DNA from: Octopus bimaculoides | Lineage: Eukaryota | DNA length: 64,000 nt | Reading direction: 5' to 3' | Assembly (NCBI RefSeq): GCF_001194135.2 | Contig: NC_068991.1 | Coordinates: 28,061,930-28,125,929 of the forward strand | Part shown: in pieces, positions 1 to 12,179 of the stretch | How the letters are laid out: every line of letters starts with the position of its first letter | Position numbering within the stretch: the stretch's first letter is position 1 | Position numbers and translations under genes: made by a program | The notes under the pieces: generated by a model | Told to the model about the DNA's origin: nothing | The model's input: only the letters and a program-made list of their open reading frames with translations | Databases searched by the model: none

Positions 1-230
1 ACTGTCTTGGTGCTCCAACTTAAGTACCTAATTCAACTGAATCTCAATTATTTATGTATATATATACATATATGATGAACTTCTTTCAGTTTCCAACTAC
101 CAAATCTACTCAAAGTTTTGATCAGTCAGAGGCTTTAGCAGAAGACACTTGTCTAAGTTGCTATGCAGTCAGACTAAACCCGGAACCATGTGCTTGCGAA
201 GCAAGCTCCTTATCACAAGCAACACCTGTA

Positions 231-261
<31 letters not shown>

Positions 262-645
262 ATGCACTCACTAATAATTTGTTGTAGTTATTAGGTCAAA
301 AGGAGGTTAGCTAATGAAGGTGTTGATGATGGTGGTGTATTCTTTTCTAAGTAGTAAGGAATTGACTCTGAACAATTTATTTTTTTGCATGGACTGAAAT
401 CTAAATCAAATACAGTTTGATTTAATACTTGCACATTTGTGCAAGTAATTGGCATTGAACAATGTCATTTTTACTGCCACCACTAACATAATTACTAACT
501 ACAAACAAACAACAATCATGACAGGCAACAACCAAAAATCATCAGCATTGACACCATCATCAATTTTTCATTGTCATCTCATTTTTTTTCATTTTTTTCT
601 GGCTTTTTTCTTTATCTCCCATTCTCTGTCTCTCTATCTCTTTCC

Positions 646-724
<79 letters not shown>

Positions 725-1106
725 TCTACTCCCTCTTCTTATATCTCTCATGAGCTACTTCCCTTAACATGATGCAGGAAGTAGGTAGGAACATATTATT
801 GTACTAATGCATAGATGATTATGCCCTGTCATATAAAATCTGCCTTATCCCATATTATGACATTGCAATAAAGAGTACATACATCAGAAGAATACTAAAC
901 CATTCAAATACTAATTCAATGAGTCGAGTAGCTTAGTTGATCAAACACTTTCACAGTCATAAAATCAGATTGAGATGTATTTACTATTTACTTTTAATCT
1001 CATTATAAAGCGATAATTAAATGATTACTGGAAAGAAAAGAAATTTGGCTCAGTCATGACAATACAAAATTTGACAGTTAAAGTTATTTCGAATATTTTT
1101 CTTTAG

Positions 1107-1243
1107 GGAAATTTAGTGTTGGAAAAAATATGGGTCTTAGATACCAAAACTGGACAGATGTTGTAGGCGGCTGGTATGCGGATATAAAAGAATTCACCTA
1201 TAATGCATCAAATGCATTTCAGAAAGTAGGACATTACACACAG
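1107..1243 (+). CDS. CAP/SCP-domain gene, paralog 1, internal exon (137 nt, phase 1 to 0): KFSVGKNMGLRYQNWTDVVGGWYADIKEFTYNASNAFQKVGHYTQ
   Basis: tttag acceptor and CAG|gtaag donor. Open frame with CAP motifs (GxN, W..WY, GHYTQ). Same length and phase as paralog 3 exon 63468-63604. Confidence 0.93.
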
Positions 1244-1949
1244 GTAAGAATAATCTATTTTATACATCCAAATTTTTTAAAATATCTGAGTATTGTGGAA
1301 AACGAATAGTTGTGTTCTAGATAAAAAAAGATGTCACAATTTAGTAAAAGATAAAAAGAGAACAGACCAGAAGTTAGTAAGAAATTCTAGAAGAAAAAGA
1401 CTTTATAGTTTTTCAGGATCAAATATTTTACTCAGTGAAATCTGATTTGTAATTAGAATTTTCAGTATTTCTAAAGTGATTTTTCCAACTTATATACATA
1501 TTGTTGCTATTATGTTAAACTGTTGTATGTCCAAATTTGGCAATATGCATATTTTTCAATATTTATTTTTGCTTGCAATAGCCAGTTCTTTTGGTCAAAC
1601 TATCATATTTCCAGCTGTTCCAGATGTCAAGGTATCAAAAATTGTCAAAGTGTAGTGCAACAGTTTTGCTATGAAATGGTGAAACTATTGTTTTGTTTTC
1701 AGAAAAAGAAACGTTTTAGACTTACAACACCTTTGCATAATAGCAACAATATACATCTTATTGACACCCTACAAATTCTCATAGATTTAGAATTATTTTA
1801 ACTTCATAATGAAAGATCTAATGAAGTATAGCAATGTAAATGTTGTGAACATGTTGAAAGTGAGTATGTGGGGTTTTTTAGTTCCCTGGGCTAAATTGGA
1901 TGTAAAAGATGGTAGATATAAAATTTTAAGTATATTTTCATTTTTACAG

Positions 1950-2038
1950 ATAGTCTGGGCAAACACTGCTACTATTGGTTGTGGATTCGCTGATTGCAAA
2001 GGTCAAGGAAAAATGTTTGTATGTAACTATGGTCCAGC
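1950..2038 (+). CDS. CAP paralog 1 exon (89 nt, phase 0 to 2): IVWANTATIGCGFADCKGQGKMFVCNYGPA
   Basis: ttttacag acceptor and GC|gtaagt donor. CAP signature VW...IGCG...C...VCNYGP. Continues the frame after GHYTQ. Confidence 0.95.
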
Positions 2039-2229
2039 GTAAGTCAATGCTTTCAATCTCTTTATAATATTGCATTTTGGTGGTTGGCCAAAATGTATGT
2101 TTGGTTTTTCTTGATATCAAATTTCAGGCACTCCAATAAGTAGCTACTTTAAGCCTGTCTCTTGCACATCTCCACTCATTAGAGACTTGATGCCTCGGTT
2201 TACTTTCTCACAAGTCAGCAATCAGACAG

Positions 2230-3110
2230 GTTGTATTTTGTATGCTTGAAAATGGAGGACTGAACTGAACATTATCAACACTTCATGTATTTTTATTTTA
2301 AGAAATGGCAACAAAAGCAGTAGAATTGTTCAGGAAGATATGTGCTGTGTATGGAAAGGATGCAGTTACTGAATGTATGTGTCAGGAATGGTTTCCAAGT
2401 ATGCATTCCAGACATTTCGTGGCTCAAAATGCACCTCATTCTGGCCAGCCTACTGAGATTTACAAGCAATATTAACCCCCATTATATGGCCAGGATGATT
2501 GCAGATAATCCCTAAATATCCAAACTGAGTCTTCAATACAAACCAGCTGCATCAACTTGGTGATGTGAGCAGGTTCAGTGTTTGGGTCCCACATCAATTG
2601 AATGAAAGTAAACTTGGTCAATGGATTTCCATCGGTGATTCTTGGTAGAAATATAAAGAAAATTATCCTTTTTCGACGGGAATGGTATCACAGAATATAA
2701 AATGGATCATCTATAACAATGTGAAGTGCAAAAGATCATTAGGGAAGTCCAGTGAACCACCACAAATAACCACTAAAGCAGGAGTTCACACACAAAAAGT
2801 TATGCTTTCAGTTTAGTGAGACTGGAAGAGCATTATCGTTTACTAGCTTCTTCCCATATACAGGACCAACAATAATTTGGATGTGTACTGTGCCAATGGA
2901 CAAATTAAATACAGCAATCCACTTGAAATATCTACCACTTGTAATTGTAAGTGCATTGTCTTTCATTACAACGAAGTCAGATCACAGTCTTCTTTGCAGA
3001 CATACCAGAAATTATTGGGTCTTGGTTGGGAAGTTCTGCTCTCTCCATATTTGCCACCCTTGCAACTTCTAATTTCCACCTGCTTTGGTTTCTTCGTTGA
3101 GTGGAAAAAC
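2230..3110 (+). mobile_element. Degenerate mariner transposon (intron of CAP paralog 1)
   Basis: ICAVYGKDAV, VWVPHQL, GDEKWI-like, VFH-N, LGWEVL remnants with many stops and indels. Confidence 0.8.
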
Positions 3111-3567
3111 CTTCAACTCTTCAGTTGTGATGAAGTGTATTCCAGTCATGACAAGTTAGCCCTTTTTAACTATTGTACACATCACTACACCTAATGTGTC
3201 TTTCCTTGACGGGTGTGATTTGAGGGAGATTTGAGCACTACATCTAGCAAGCCCAGTGAACACACAGTTATTGATTTTATGTTGGTAATAAATCTATTTG
3301 TCACATAAACTTAAGGAAAATTTACAGACACATGAAATGAATTATAATGTTTTTTTATAATGTTAATATCTTTGGAGATGAAATATTTCTTGATATTTAT
3401 ATCTATCATACCAGTTAGCTGACAAAATTGTTATCATGCTGGGCAAAATGCTTAGCAGCATTTCATCCATCATTTTGTTCGTAATTCAAATTCTACTGAG
3501 GCCAACATAGCATTTCATCCTTTCAGGGTTGATAAAATAAGTACCAGTTGAACACTGTGGTTGATAT

Positions 3568-3729
3568 TATTTACATTATTTACATTTGATGGATATTTGT
3601 CCTCATCTTGTTTGTTGTTAACACAACGTTTCGGCTGATATACCCTCCAGCCTTCTTCAGGTGTCTTGGGGAAATTTCGAATCTGGTTTCTCATTCCTAA
3701 GGTATTTTTTGATGTTGTTATTATTATTA

Positions 3730-3764
<35 letters not shown>

Positions 3765-3860
3765 GTTCAGGATACTGCTTGGAATCGAACTCGGAATCTT
3801 GGGGTTAGTAGCCTGTGCTCTTAACCACTACGCCATATGCCTGTGTGCATATAGAACTTT
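3568..3860 (-). mobile_element. tRNA-headed SINE containing an (AAT)n linker and a hammerhead ribozyme, inserted in an older CORE-like SINE
   Basis: A box (TGGCGTAGTGG) and B box (GAGTTCGATTCC) on minus at 3781-3835. 14-bp TSD ACTGTGGTTGATAT at 3554-3567 and 3861-3874. Confidence 0.85.
3620..3665 (-). ncRNA. Minimal type I hammerhead ribozyme (dimer type), core intact
   Basis: GACAC-CUGAAGA-A-GGCUG[10 nt]CAGCC-GAAA-C-GUU/GUGUU. 5-bp stem I, 5-bp stem II, loopless palindromic ACGU stem III. Confidence 0.78.
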
Positions 3861-4227
3861 ACTGTGGTTGATATAATTGATTTACCCGCTTCCTCAAAAT
3901 TGCTGGCCTCAAGCCAAACTTTGAAGTTAATATTCATCCAAAGTTTCAATCATTTTGATCTTTAACCTCATCTATCTCTATTTCTGAATAGGTACCTGAA
4001 TGTTATTAAAAGGTATCTAAGCCTCTATACACACCCACATCTAAAATAAATCTTAGGGACATCCAAAATTAGAGTTCACCAAACTAACAAATCCTCTATA
4101 ACTACCAGCAGGTACATTTTCTGTGTCCTCTTTCTCATCTCCAATCACTTACAAGTTACAGGGATTTAAACCCAACAACATCAGTTACCGAATAGTTACC
4201 AACACAGGCACAAAAACACACACGCAC

Positions 4228-4269
<42 letters not shown>

Positions 4270-4924
4270 ACATAGGCACAGGAGTGGCTGTGTNNNNNNN
4301 NNNCACACACACACACACAAACACACACATAGGCACAGGAGTGGCTGTGTGGTAAGAAGCTTACTTCCCAACCACATGGTTCTAGGGTCAGTCCCACTGC
4401 CTGGCACCTTGGGTGTCTTCTGCTATAGCCTCAGGGCGACCAAAGCCTTCTGTGTGGATTTGGTAGATGGAAACTGAAAGAAGCCCATTGTATGTATGTT
4501 TGTGTGTGTGTGTGTGTGTGTGTGACACACACACACACACACACACACACACAACAGGCTTCTTTCTCTTTCCATCTACCAATTCCACTCACAAGGCTTT
4601 GATCAGCTTGAGGCTATAGCAGAAGACACTTACCATACATGGCACGTAGTGGGACTGAATCCAGAATTATGTGGTTCCTCTGTTGGATCAACTGGTACTT
4701 CTATTACAGCAACTTGTTCGTCTAGTGGTTCTTTTAAACCAACTGGTCCTTCTACCTGGGAGAAAATTCTTATTTTCTTGTATAATTTTTGAGTGCTTAT
4801 TTCAGGTATATGAAATAGAAAATCACAAGATATTGTCTTATATTCAATATTACTATACTGAATATTACCTTCTCTCAACTTTTAGAAAATTAATTATTTT
4901 AAATGTTTTTTTTTTATTTTTCAG

Positions 4925-4989
4925 AGGAAACGCTCATGACACTTATAACCTACCATATAAATCATGTAAAGGACCTACAAAACTCATTG
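4925..4989 (+). CDS. CAP paralog 1 hinge exon (65 nt, phase 2 to 1): GNAHDTYNLPYKSCKGPTKLI
   Basis: Long T-tract + cag acceptor and G|gtgag donor. GN...PY motif expected after CNYGPA. Phases match both neighbouring exons. Confidence 0.85.
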
Positions 4990-5221
4990 GTGAGAAGATA
5001 TTTTAAAAAGCACACTTCTTTGTCCGTCAATAAGAAATACATAAACTAGCGATTAGAGTTCTGCATCATTGAATTAAGTGATTTCCTAAGCATTGTGTCT
5101 TATGTGCTAATGATTTTAATGGCTCAATACCTAACAAATTCATTATAATTTAAATTTGATTTCTGACATAATTCAATAATATAATATATTAATTCATGAA
5201 AACTTTCTCATTTACTTTTAG

Positions 5222-5323
5222 ATTGTAAAGGAAGGGTTTGTCGGAATTGGAGTACAAGGATTGGTGATGGTTGTAAGTGTAAATGTTTGAAGAGCCGGAT
5301 CTATCATGGACCACAATGTAGAA
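5222..5323 (+). CDS. CAP paralog 1 EGF-like exon (102 nt, phase 1 to 1): DCKGRVCRNWSTRIGDGCKCKCLKSRIYHGPQCR
   Basis: ttttag acceptor and A|gtaaat donor. Six Cys in C-x4-C-x10-C-x-C-x-C-x10-C spacing with Y-x-G-x-x-C. Symmetric phase-1 exon. Confidence 0.85.
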
Positions 5324-5435
5324 GTAAATATATTTTATCTTTTATCTTTTCCTTTTTGTCTTTTCCTCTCTCTCTCTCTCTTTCTCTCTCTCGCTCTCTT
5401 TCTCACTCACTTTCCTTCTCTCTCTCCCTCTCTCG

Positions 5436-5466
<31 letters not shown>

Positions 5467-6689
5467 ATCCTCCTCTGTACTATGTAAAGCAAGACTGGAG
5501 GATCAATCAGTTACCCAATCCCATATTTGCTTCTTGTCAAGCCAAGAAAGGCAAGATGTCTAAGTAGTGGCCACCCTCTGACAGATTTATGGTAGAGCTT
5601 GAAGTAGTGGTGACCCGCTGGACTACATCCCTGCTCATTGCTATTAGGACAGAGGTGCTATCCACAAGTGCGAGCCCGTGAGTCAGAACAGCTGTTCCAG
5701 CATGTCTCCTTCACCATCCCCGGGGCAATGCCTCTCGGATTTTGTCCACCAGGAGCATGAAGCAGACTGACAAATCATTTTAGTTATAGTTGTTTTATTG
5801 ACATTAAGTACAAGACACCTGTTTCTATCTCTGTTACACTCTAAAATTTTATCATCTGACACAAGATCACCTCCTCCAATGCCCCCTCCCTTCTCAAAGG
5901 ATCTTTCTCTTGCAAGTTACTTGGTGACCCAGCCAGTGCTGATGCCACTTCAAAAGCGTCCAGTCCACACTGTAATGTGGTTATCATTTGGAAGGGCAAC
6001 CATCCAACTGTAAAATCCATGCCAAAACTAATCTTGCCATGTAAAAAGCACTCAGTCGTGTCTGCTGAGAGGTTGGTGCTAGGAAGGGCATCCAGCCATA
6101 AAAGCCATGCCAAAACAGACACAGAAGTTTGGTGCATTCTTCTGCCTGGCCAGCTTCTGTCAAATTGCCCAACCCATGCCAGCATGGAAGGCAGAAATTA
6201 AACAATAATGATGGTGATGAAAACAGAATAAAGATACTTGAATGATATAGGAATATATGAAAGACAGCTAATACCAAAAGCTATTGCTAACTAATGAACT
6301 ACAGGTAATCAACATTTATATTAGCTATAATATCAGATTACCTGATATAGTTCATGTATATCAGGTAACCTAACTGCCTCAGATTACGTAAATGGTTGTC
6401 TGACAAACTCACAATAATAATTTAGCTGTCTACCAAAAACAACTCTTAGATATCTCTGGCATTTAATATACTGAAGCAATATCTTTGGTCCCTCATATAT
6501 ACTACAGTAGGAGGGATGGCAGTGGTGATGGTGGTGGTGGTGGTGGTGGTGGTGGTGGTGGTGGTGATGGTGGGGTTATTATAATTTCTTAGAAAAAATA
6601 AAAAAGTCACCAGAAATTTTGTTATTATACTCTACTGATAAGTCCCAATATCTTAGAATGGATATTTAAAGCAAAACATATCTAATCAT

Positions 6690-7270
6690 CATCATCATCA
6701 TCAGTACCACTTGTCACTTTTATTGTCACTATTTTAATGTGCTTTTCTTTGCCATTGTAGACTGCATAGATGCTAGTATGATGCTTAATACTATTTCAAT
6801 TAAGCATCCATTAAGCAAAACATCTTAAGAACTGTCTCTACTAAAACTTCTCACATCTTCTTCACTCTTCTCTTACCTATGTCATCATCTTCTACCAGTG
6901 CACACTACATTTTGTATACAAGTCATTGACTAGAACTAGAACATTTGTCTCTGCTGCTTACATCAGCTGATGTCTTCAATGTCCAGATAGTCTCAACACA
7001 GCAGTGCACCATTTTTCATGTGGATTAATGTTACACATTCCATACACCATGCATGTGTCATTTCTTTCCAACCTCTGTAATAGATCTTCTACAGTCACTG
7101 TCCATGTCCCTATTCCATAACATTTGGTATCACACATCTCGCACCACCATTATGCAGTCTAACTCTACACAAAGAATCAGAATGAACACGTTCACCCAAC
7201 TTCTTTGTCACCTTCCTTATACTAACAACTATTCTTTCATCAAATCCAGCTCTTTTGTTATTTATGTCAC
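6690..7270 (-). mobile_element. Highly degenerate RTE 3' fragment
   Basis: Minus-strand remnants resembling TW.V..ED..RLERND..M and the terminal G.R.R..KK.W region, followed by a (GAT)n tail. Confidence 0.55.
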
Positions 7271-7444
7271 ATATGCATTTATCACACCTAAAGGGACTCT
7301 ACCTACATTTTTTTTTTTTTTGTATTTCTCGCTGTTTACATTATATGTACATTGAACTTTCTCACTTAATTTGAAATAATACCACTTCTGAGATGAAAGT
7401 GAGATTTTGCTTTCCCCATGAAACAAATTCTTGATTTTTTACAG

Positions 7445-7561
7445 TGAACTGTGCTCGAGGCAAAGAAAATGCTCATTGTGGTGGATATTTCACAAAAGAA
7501 GATTGTATTGAGTATTCCAATGTTCCATTCATATGTCCTGAGACGTGTAACCTGTGTCCAA
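7445..7561 (+). CDS. CAP paralog 1 ShKT-like exon (117 nt, phase 1 to 1): [38 protein letters not shown]
   Basis: tttttacag acceptor and A|gtgagt donor. Six Cys ending in C-P-x-T-C-x-x-C, typical of ShKT/ICR domains of CRISPs. Confidence 0.9.
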
Positions 7562-7948
7562 GTGAGTAAANNNNNNNNNNNNNNNNNNNNNNNNNNNNNN
7601 NNNNNNNNNNNNNNNNNNNNNNNNNNNNNNNNNNNNNNNNNNNNNNNNNNNNNNNNNNNNNNNNNNNNNNNNNNNNNNNNNNNNNNNNNNNNNNNNNNNN
7701 NNNNNNNNNNNNNNNNNNNNNNNNNNNNNNNNNNNNNNNNNNNNNNNNNNNNNNNNNNNNNNNNNNNNNNNNNNNNNNNNNNNNNNNNNNNNNNNNNNNN
7801 NNNNNNNNNNNNNNNNNNNNNNNNNNNNNNNNNNNNNNNNNNNNNNNNNNNNNNNNNNNNNNNNNNNNNNNNNNNNNNNNNNNNNNNNNNNNNNNNNNNN
7901 NNNNNNNNNNNNNNNNNNNNNNNNNNNNNNNNNNNNCAATGTTAACAG

Positions 7949-7983
7949 GTCATAGGATTGTTCAACCATTGTTAGGACAATAA
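7949..7983 (+). CDS. Possible terminal exon of CAP paralog 1 (S-HRIVQPLLGQ-stop)
   Basis: aacag acceptor right after an N gap. Phase-1 compatible, with a stop overlapping AATAAA. The polypyrimidine tract is hidden by the gap, so support is weak. Confidence 0.3.
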
Positions 7984-9939
7984 ATGTATTTGTATAAAGA
8001 TAAACTAGGAGTTGGTATATAGAAGTAAGTTACAAAAGGTAACTACAGGTAAATAGAAATAGGTTTCCAGAGATTAATAGGCAAGTAGGCAAACATTTAG
8101 ATGTATGATTGTCGTCAATGTATTTGTGAAAAAGGCATATTTATAATATATGCTTTTTACAACTATGGCCATCTTACTAGTGTTGGTGCTATGAAAAAGT
8201 ACTCAGTGCACTCTGTAAAGTGGTTGGCATTTGAAACCATGCCAAAGCAGACATTAGTGCAAGATGCAGTCTACTGACCTGCTGGATCCTGTGAAATTGT
8301 TCAACCCATGCCAGCATAGAAGATGCACTTTAAAGGATGATTATACATATTTAAATGTAAAAAGAAGCAGGGAAAAAGTTGCAAGTTGCAAACACTATAT
8401 CTGCTGTAGCTGTATAGCTGTTCTAACCTTTACACTTTGGTGCAGTGGTTAGCACAACATTTGACTGCCTAACATAACAGACTTAAAGAGAGTAGCTACA
8501 AAAACAAATTAGAGACTTGTCAGTGAGGATCTCAGTCCACACAGTATTTAAAGTATACTATTATATGTTATATAATATAGAAGATGATATATATTATTTC
8601 AGAGTCATAGCCGTGTGGTAAGAAGCTTACTTCCCAACTTCATGGTTCTGGGTTCAGTTCCACTGCATGGCACCTTGGGCAAGTGTCTTTTACTACAGCT
8701 TCAGGTTGACCAAAGCCTAACAGAAAGAATCCTATTATATATTTGTGTGTGTTTGTCCTTGTGTCTATGTTTGTCCCCCACCACCAGTTGACAATTGATG
8801 TTAATATGTTTACATTTCCATAATTTGGCAGTTTGGCAAAAGGGACCAATAAAAAAAGTACTAGGCTTTAAAAAAGTAAATAAGTACTGGTCTTGATTCA
8901 TTTGACTAAAAGATTTTCAAGGTGTTGCCCCACCATTGCCCTAGTCAAATGACTGAAACAAGTAAGAGATAAAAGATAAAAGAATAGTATAGAAAATGAA
9001 AAGTATAATTCATTAACAAATTACTTTTATGACAGGAACCAAAATGTCCTGACGACATTTCTGATATTTTGATACATATAGGAATATTTGAAATATAAAA
9101 ATTGAAATTCATGTAAAAGTATATGAAAGAATTCCAGTTGTTTGTGGCTGTTTCTAAAGTTATATGCCAAAGATATTGCCTGTATAATTAACAAAGTAGA
9201 TAAGCAAAGAAATAAATCTGCCATTAGCAGAGTCTATAAGGAGAGGGACTTATTCATAGTTATTTGAATGTCTACTAATGTTTATATAAAGCAAAAAAGC
9301 AACAAAAATATTGCAAAACTTTTGGCTCAACAAACGATGTATCTATATGTATATATATNNNNNNNNNNNNNNNNNNNNNNNNNNNNNNNNNNNNNNNNNN
9401 NNNNNNNNNNNNNNNNNNNNNNNNNNNNNNNNNNNNNNNNNNNNNNNNNNNNNNNNNNNNNNNNNNNNNNNNNNNNNNNNNNNNNNNNNNNNNNNNNNNN
9501 NNNNNNNNNNNNNNNNNNNNNNNNNNNNNNNNNNNNNNNNNNNNNNNNNNNNNNNNNNNNNNNNNNNNNNNNNNNNNNNNNNNNNNNNNNNNNNNNNNNN
9601 NNNNNNNNNNNNNNNNNNNNNNNNNNNNNNNNNNNNNNNATATATATATATATATATATATACATACATACAATAGGAACCATTTAAATAATTTATTGAT
9701 AATGTTATCATTATTGCTATCAAAGTTTAATTATATTTCAACTAGTTATTGTTATCTAAGGGTTCTATCCCAAAGTGGTTATAGTAAAAGTTAATAATAG
9801 ACAGGTATACCTATATACATACATGTTTACATGTGTGTGTTTGTGTATACAATATGTAAATTTATAAGTATACATACAAATATGCATATATATATATACA
9901 TACATGCACGCACACGCAAACACACACACACACACACAT

Positions 9940-9973
<34 letters not shown>

Positions 9974-10211
9974 GCATGTATGTATTTATATATGTCTGAT
10001 CAGATATTCAGTGATATAAACAGAAAAGTCTTTTTCAGCTAAACTGGCATTATCTGAATATGTTCAACCAGTCTAATCACTCACAACAATTCACTATGAA
10101 ATACACACAACATTCTGTTATTAACAATGTTACCATGTCTTGTCTTATTCACCTTTTCCTGATCATTCTGGTCAATTTATTTCACTCTGATTTCTTTTCT
10201 GCTCTCCTTTG

Positions 10212-10253
<42 letters not shown>

Positions 10254-10264
10254 TNNNNNNNNNN

Positions 10265-10980
10265 TTTTGCAAACAACTTGGAAATTCAAATGCTACCTGT
10301 TGAAAGCTCCGCATATTAGATACTAAGAAGTTCATGGTGTCAACAGGAGAGAATGTATGCCATTTTGGGGCCTTCCTCTCAATGGTGGTTTTTACCTTAC
10401 AATGAGTTAACCTTGGTGACAACAATAGCCTCTCACTGTGTCCAATGAATCCTCTACTTCCAACTGCGCTTGGAAAACGATCTGCTTTCCAGCCTGTGTC
10501 TTCATATTCCTCAAGGAAGCTTTTATAATGGCTGATCTTTCAACCCCAAGTTAATATTCATTTCCTTTGTAACTGGAATGGGAATGAATCCTTGGCACCA
10601 AGGAAAATCTGCAGCCACCCCACAAGGAAGTTTCTTCTTCTTCAAATGGATCTGCTGTCCTGAACGCAGAAAGGTAATGAAATCTGTTTGATTTCTTCAG
10701 TGTTTTTTCTCTACTGTTGATGAAAACAACTTTGTTCCTTATAGCATTGAAGATGACCTTAAGGATGAGATTGCATCTCCATGTATATCTATCTATTCAA
10801 TAGCAGCAGTTGAAAAGAATATATTTCAGTGTTCTGACATCTGCATTTCTCATTCTTTGATACATTCCATCATACTAGATTTGTAGGCAACGGCAAAACA
10901 TCATAGGATGAATGAATCTGGAAACTTAGATGTGATTTAGTCCACATCCATATTTCATTCCAACTTATTTTTCCCTCAAC
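10265..10980 (-). mobile_element. RLE-type non-LTR retrotransposon 3' fragment, HERO-like
   Basis: Minus-strand translation gives WNEIW...SYDVLPLPTNL, a Cys knuckle remnant, RYTWR-NLIL and GWKA..FP..VGSRGFIGHS. Confidence 0.8.
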
Positions 10981-11464
10981 TACGTGTTTCTCCTATCTTG
11001 TCATCTGTCCTTGAGAGCATTGTATTATATNNNNNNNNNNNNNNNNNNNNNNNNNNNNNNNNNNNNNNNNNNNNNNNNNNNNNNNNNNNNNNNNNNNNNN
11101 NNNNNNNNNNNNNNNNNNNNNNNNNNNNNNNNNNNNNNNNNNNNNNNNNNNNNNNNNNNNNNNNNNNNNNNNNNNNNNNNNNNNNNNNNNNNNNNNNNNN
11201 NNNNNNNNNNNNNNNNNNNNNNNNNNNNNNNNNNNNNNNNNNNNNNNNNNNNNNNNNNNNNNNNNNNNNNNNNNNNNNNNNNNNNNNNNNNNNNNNNNNN
11301 NNNNNNNNNNNNNNNNNNNNNNNNNNNNNNNNNNNNNNNNNNNNNNNNNNNNNNNNNNNNNNNNNNNNNNNNNNNNNNNNNATATATACTTCCGGTCTCG
11401 TTGAAGAAAGACGTGCATTTTCGTTCTCCTGAAACAACCCAAAAGAGATTGCATAAATCGACGA

Positions 11465-11805
11465 TAAAATCTGCTAAAACTGACAAAACATAGACCTTGT
11501 TATATAAGAACAGTCTACTGTAATATACTAATTAAAAAAACGTAATATATTACTCTAAAAGTTGAATATATTACATTAAAGTCAGCGACACAAGCAAGTT
11601 ATCATCGAAAAACCACGTTGTTACAAGGGATTGCCTAAATCGAAGCAAAGCTAAAACTGACAGAAGGTAGTACTTGTTACGTCATAACGGTCTACCATAA
11701 TATATTGATTAAAAGAGAAAAAAAGTAATATATTACACTAAAAGTTTAATATAGTACATTAAAGTCGGTGCAACAAGGCATCGTCGATAACCGCGTGGTT
11801 ACAAG
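11465..11805 (+). repeat. Two diverged tandem copies of a ~177-bp unit just upstream of the LINE
   Basis: GCTAAAACTGACA at 11473 and 11650. Shared GTAATATATTAC-CTAAAAGTT-AATATA-TACATTAAAGTC and TTACAAG blocks. Confidence 0.75.
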
Positions 11806-12179
11806 TCGTAGGTTTATTTGCAGTCGAATGTAAGAAGCAAAAAAAGAATTGTTTTTGAAAGAAAACTTCTTCGTACAGGAACAAGGATTTGGAATTTTAC
11901 TTCTTACGAATAAGTATTCTTTTCATTTGTTTGTTTTCTTTTAACTTGTGTAACATTTGAGTTACGACTTAATCTTTGTTTACTTTCTGAGAATTCTCAT
12001 TATAATTTTCATTTAACTTTTATTACAGCGACCACTTAGCTTTGGTTCTCTTTGAAAAATAGAAACCATTACGAAACCCCTTTCTTTTTTCTTATCGTTT
12101 CTTTTTTTCACTTCATCTCTTTGCAATTATTTAAATTACAAATCCAATTTAGAATTACGAAATTTCGTTTTCCTACACA

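Noticed and set aside
560-772. Low-complexity ORFs (SLSL, ERER, CVCV, YIYI, HTHT) throughout the window
   Set aside because: Translations of microsatellites, with no splice or homology support.
4255-4350. Duplicated SINE head segment
   Set aside because: Same 10-N gap overlap artefact.
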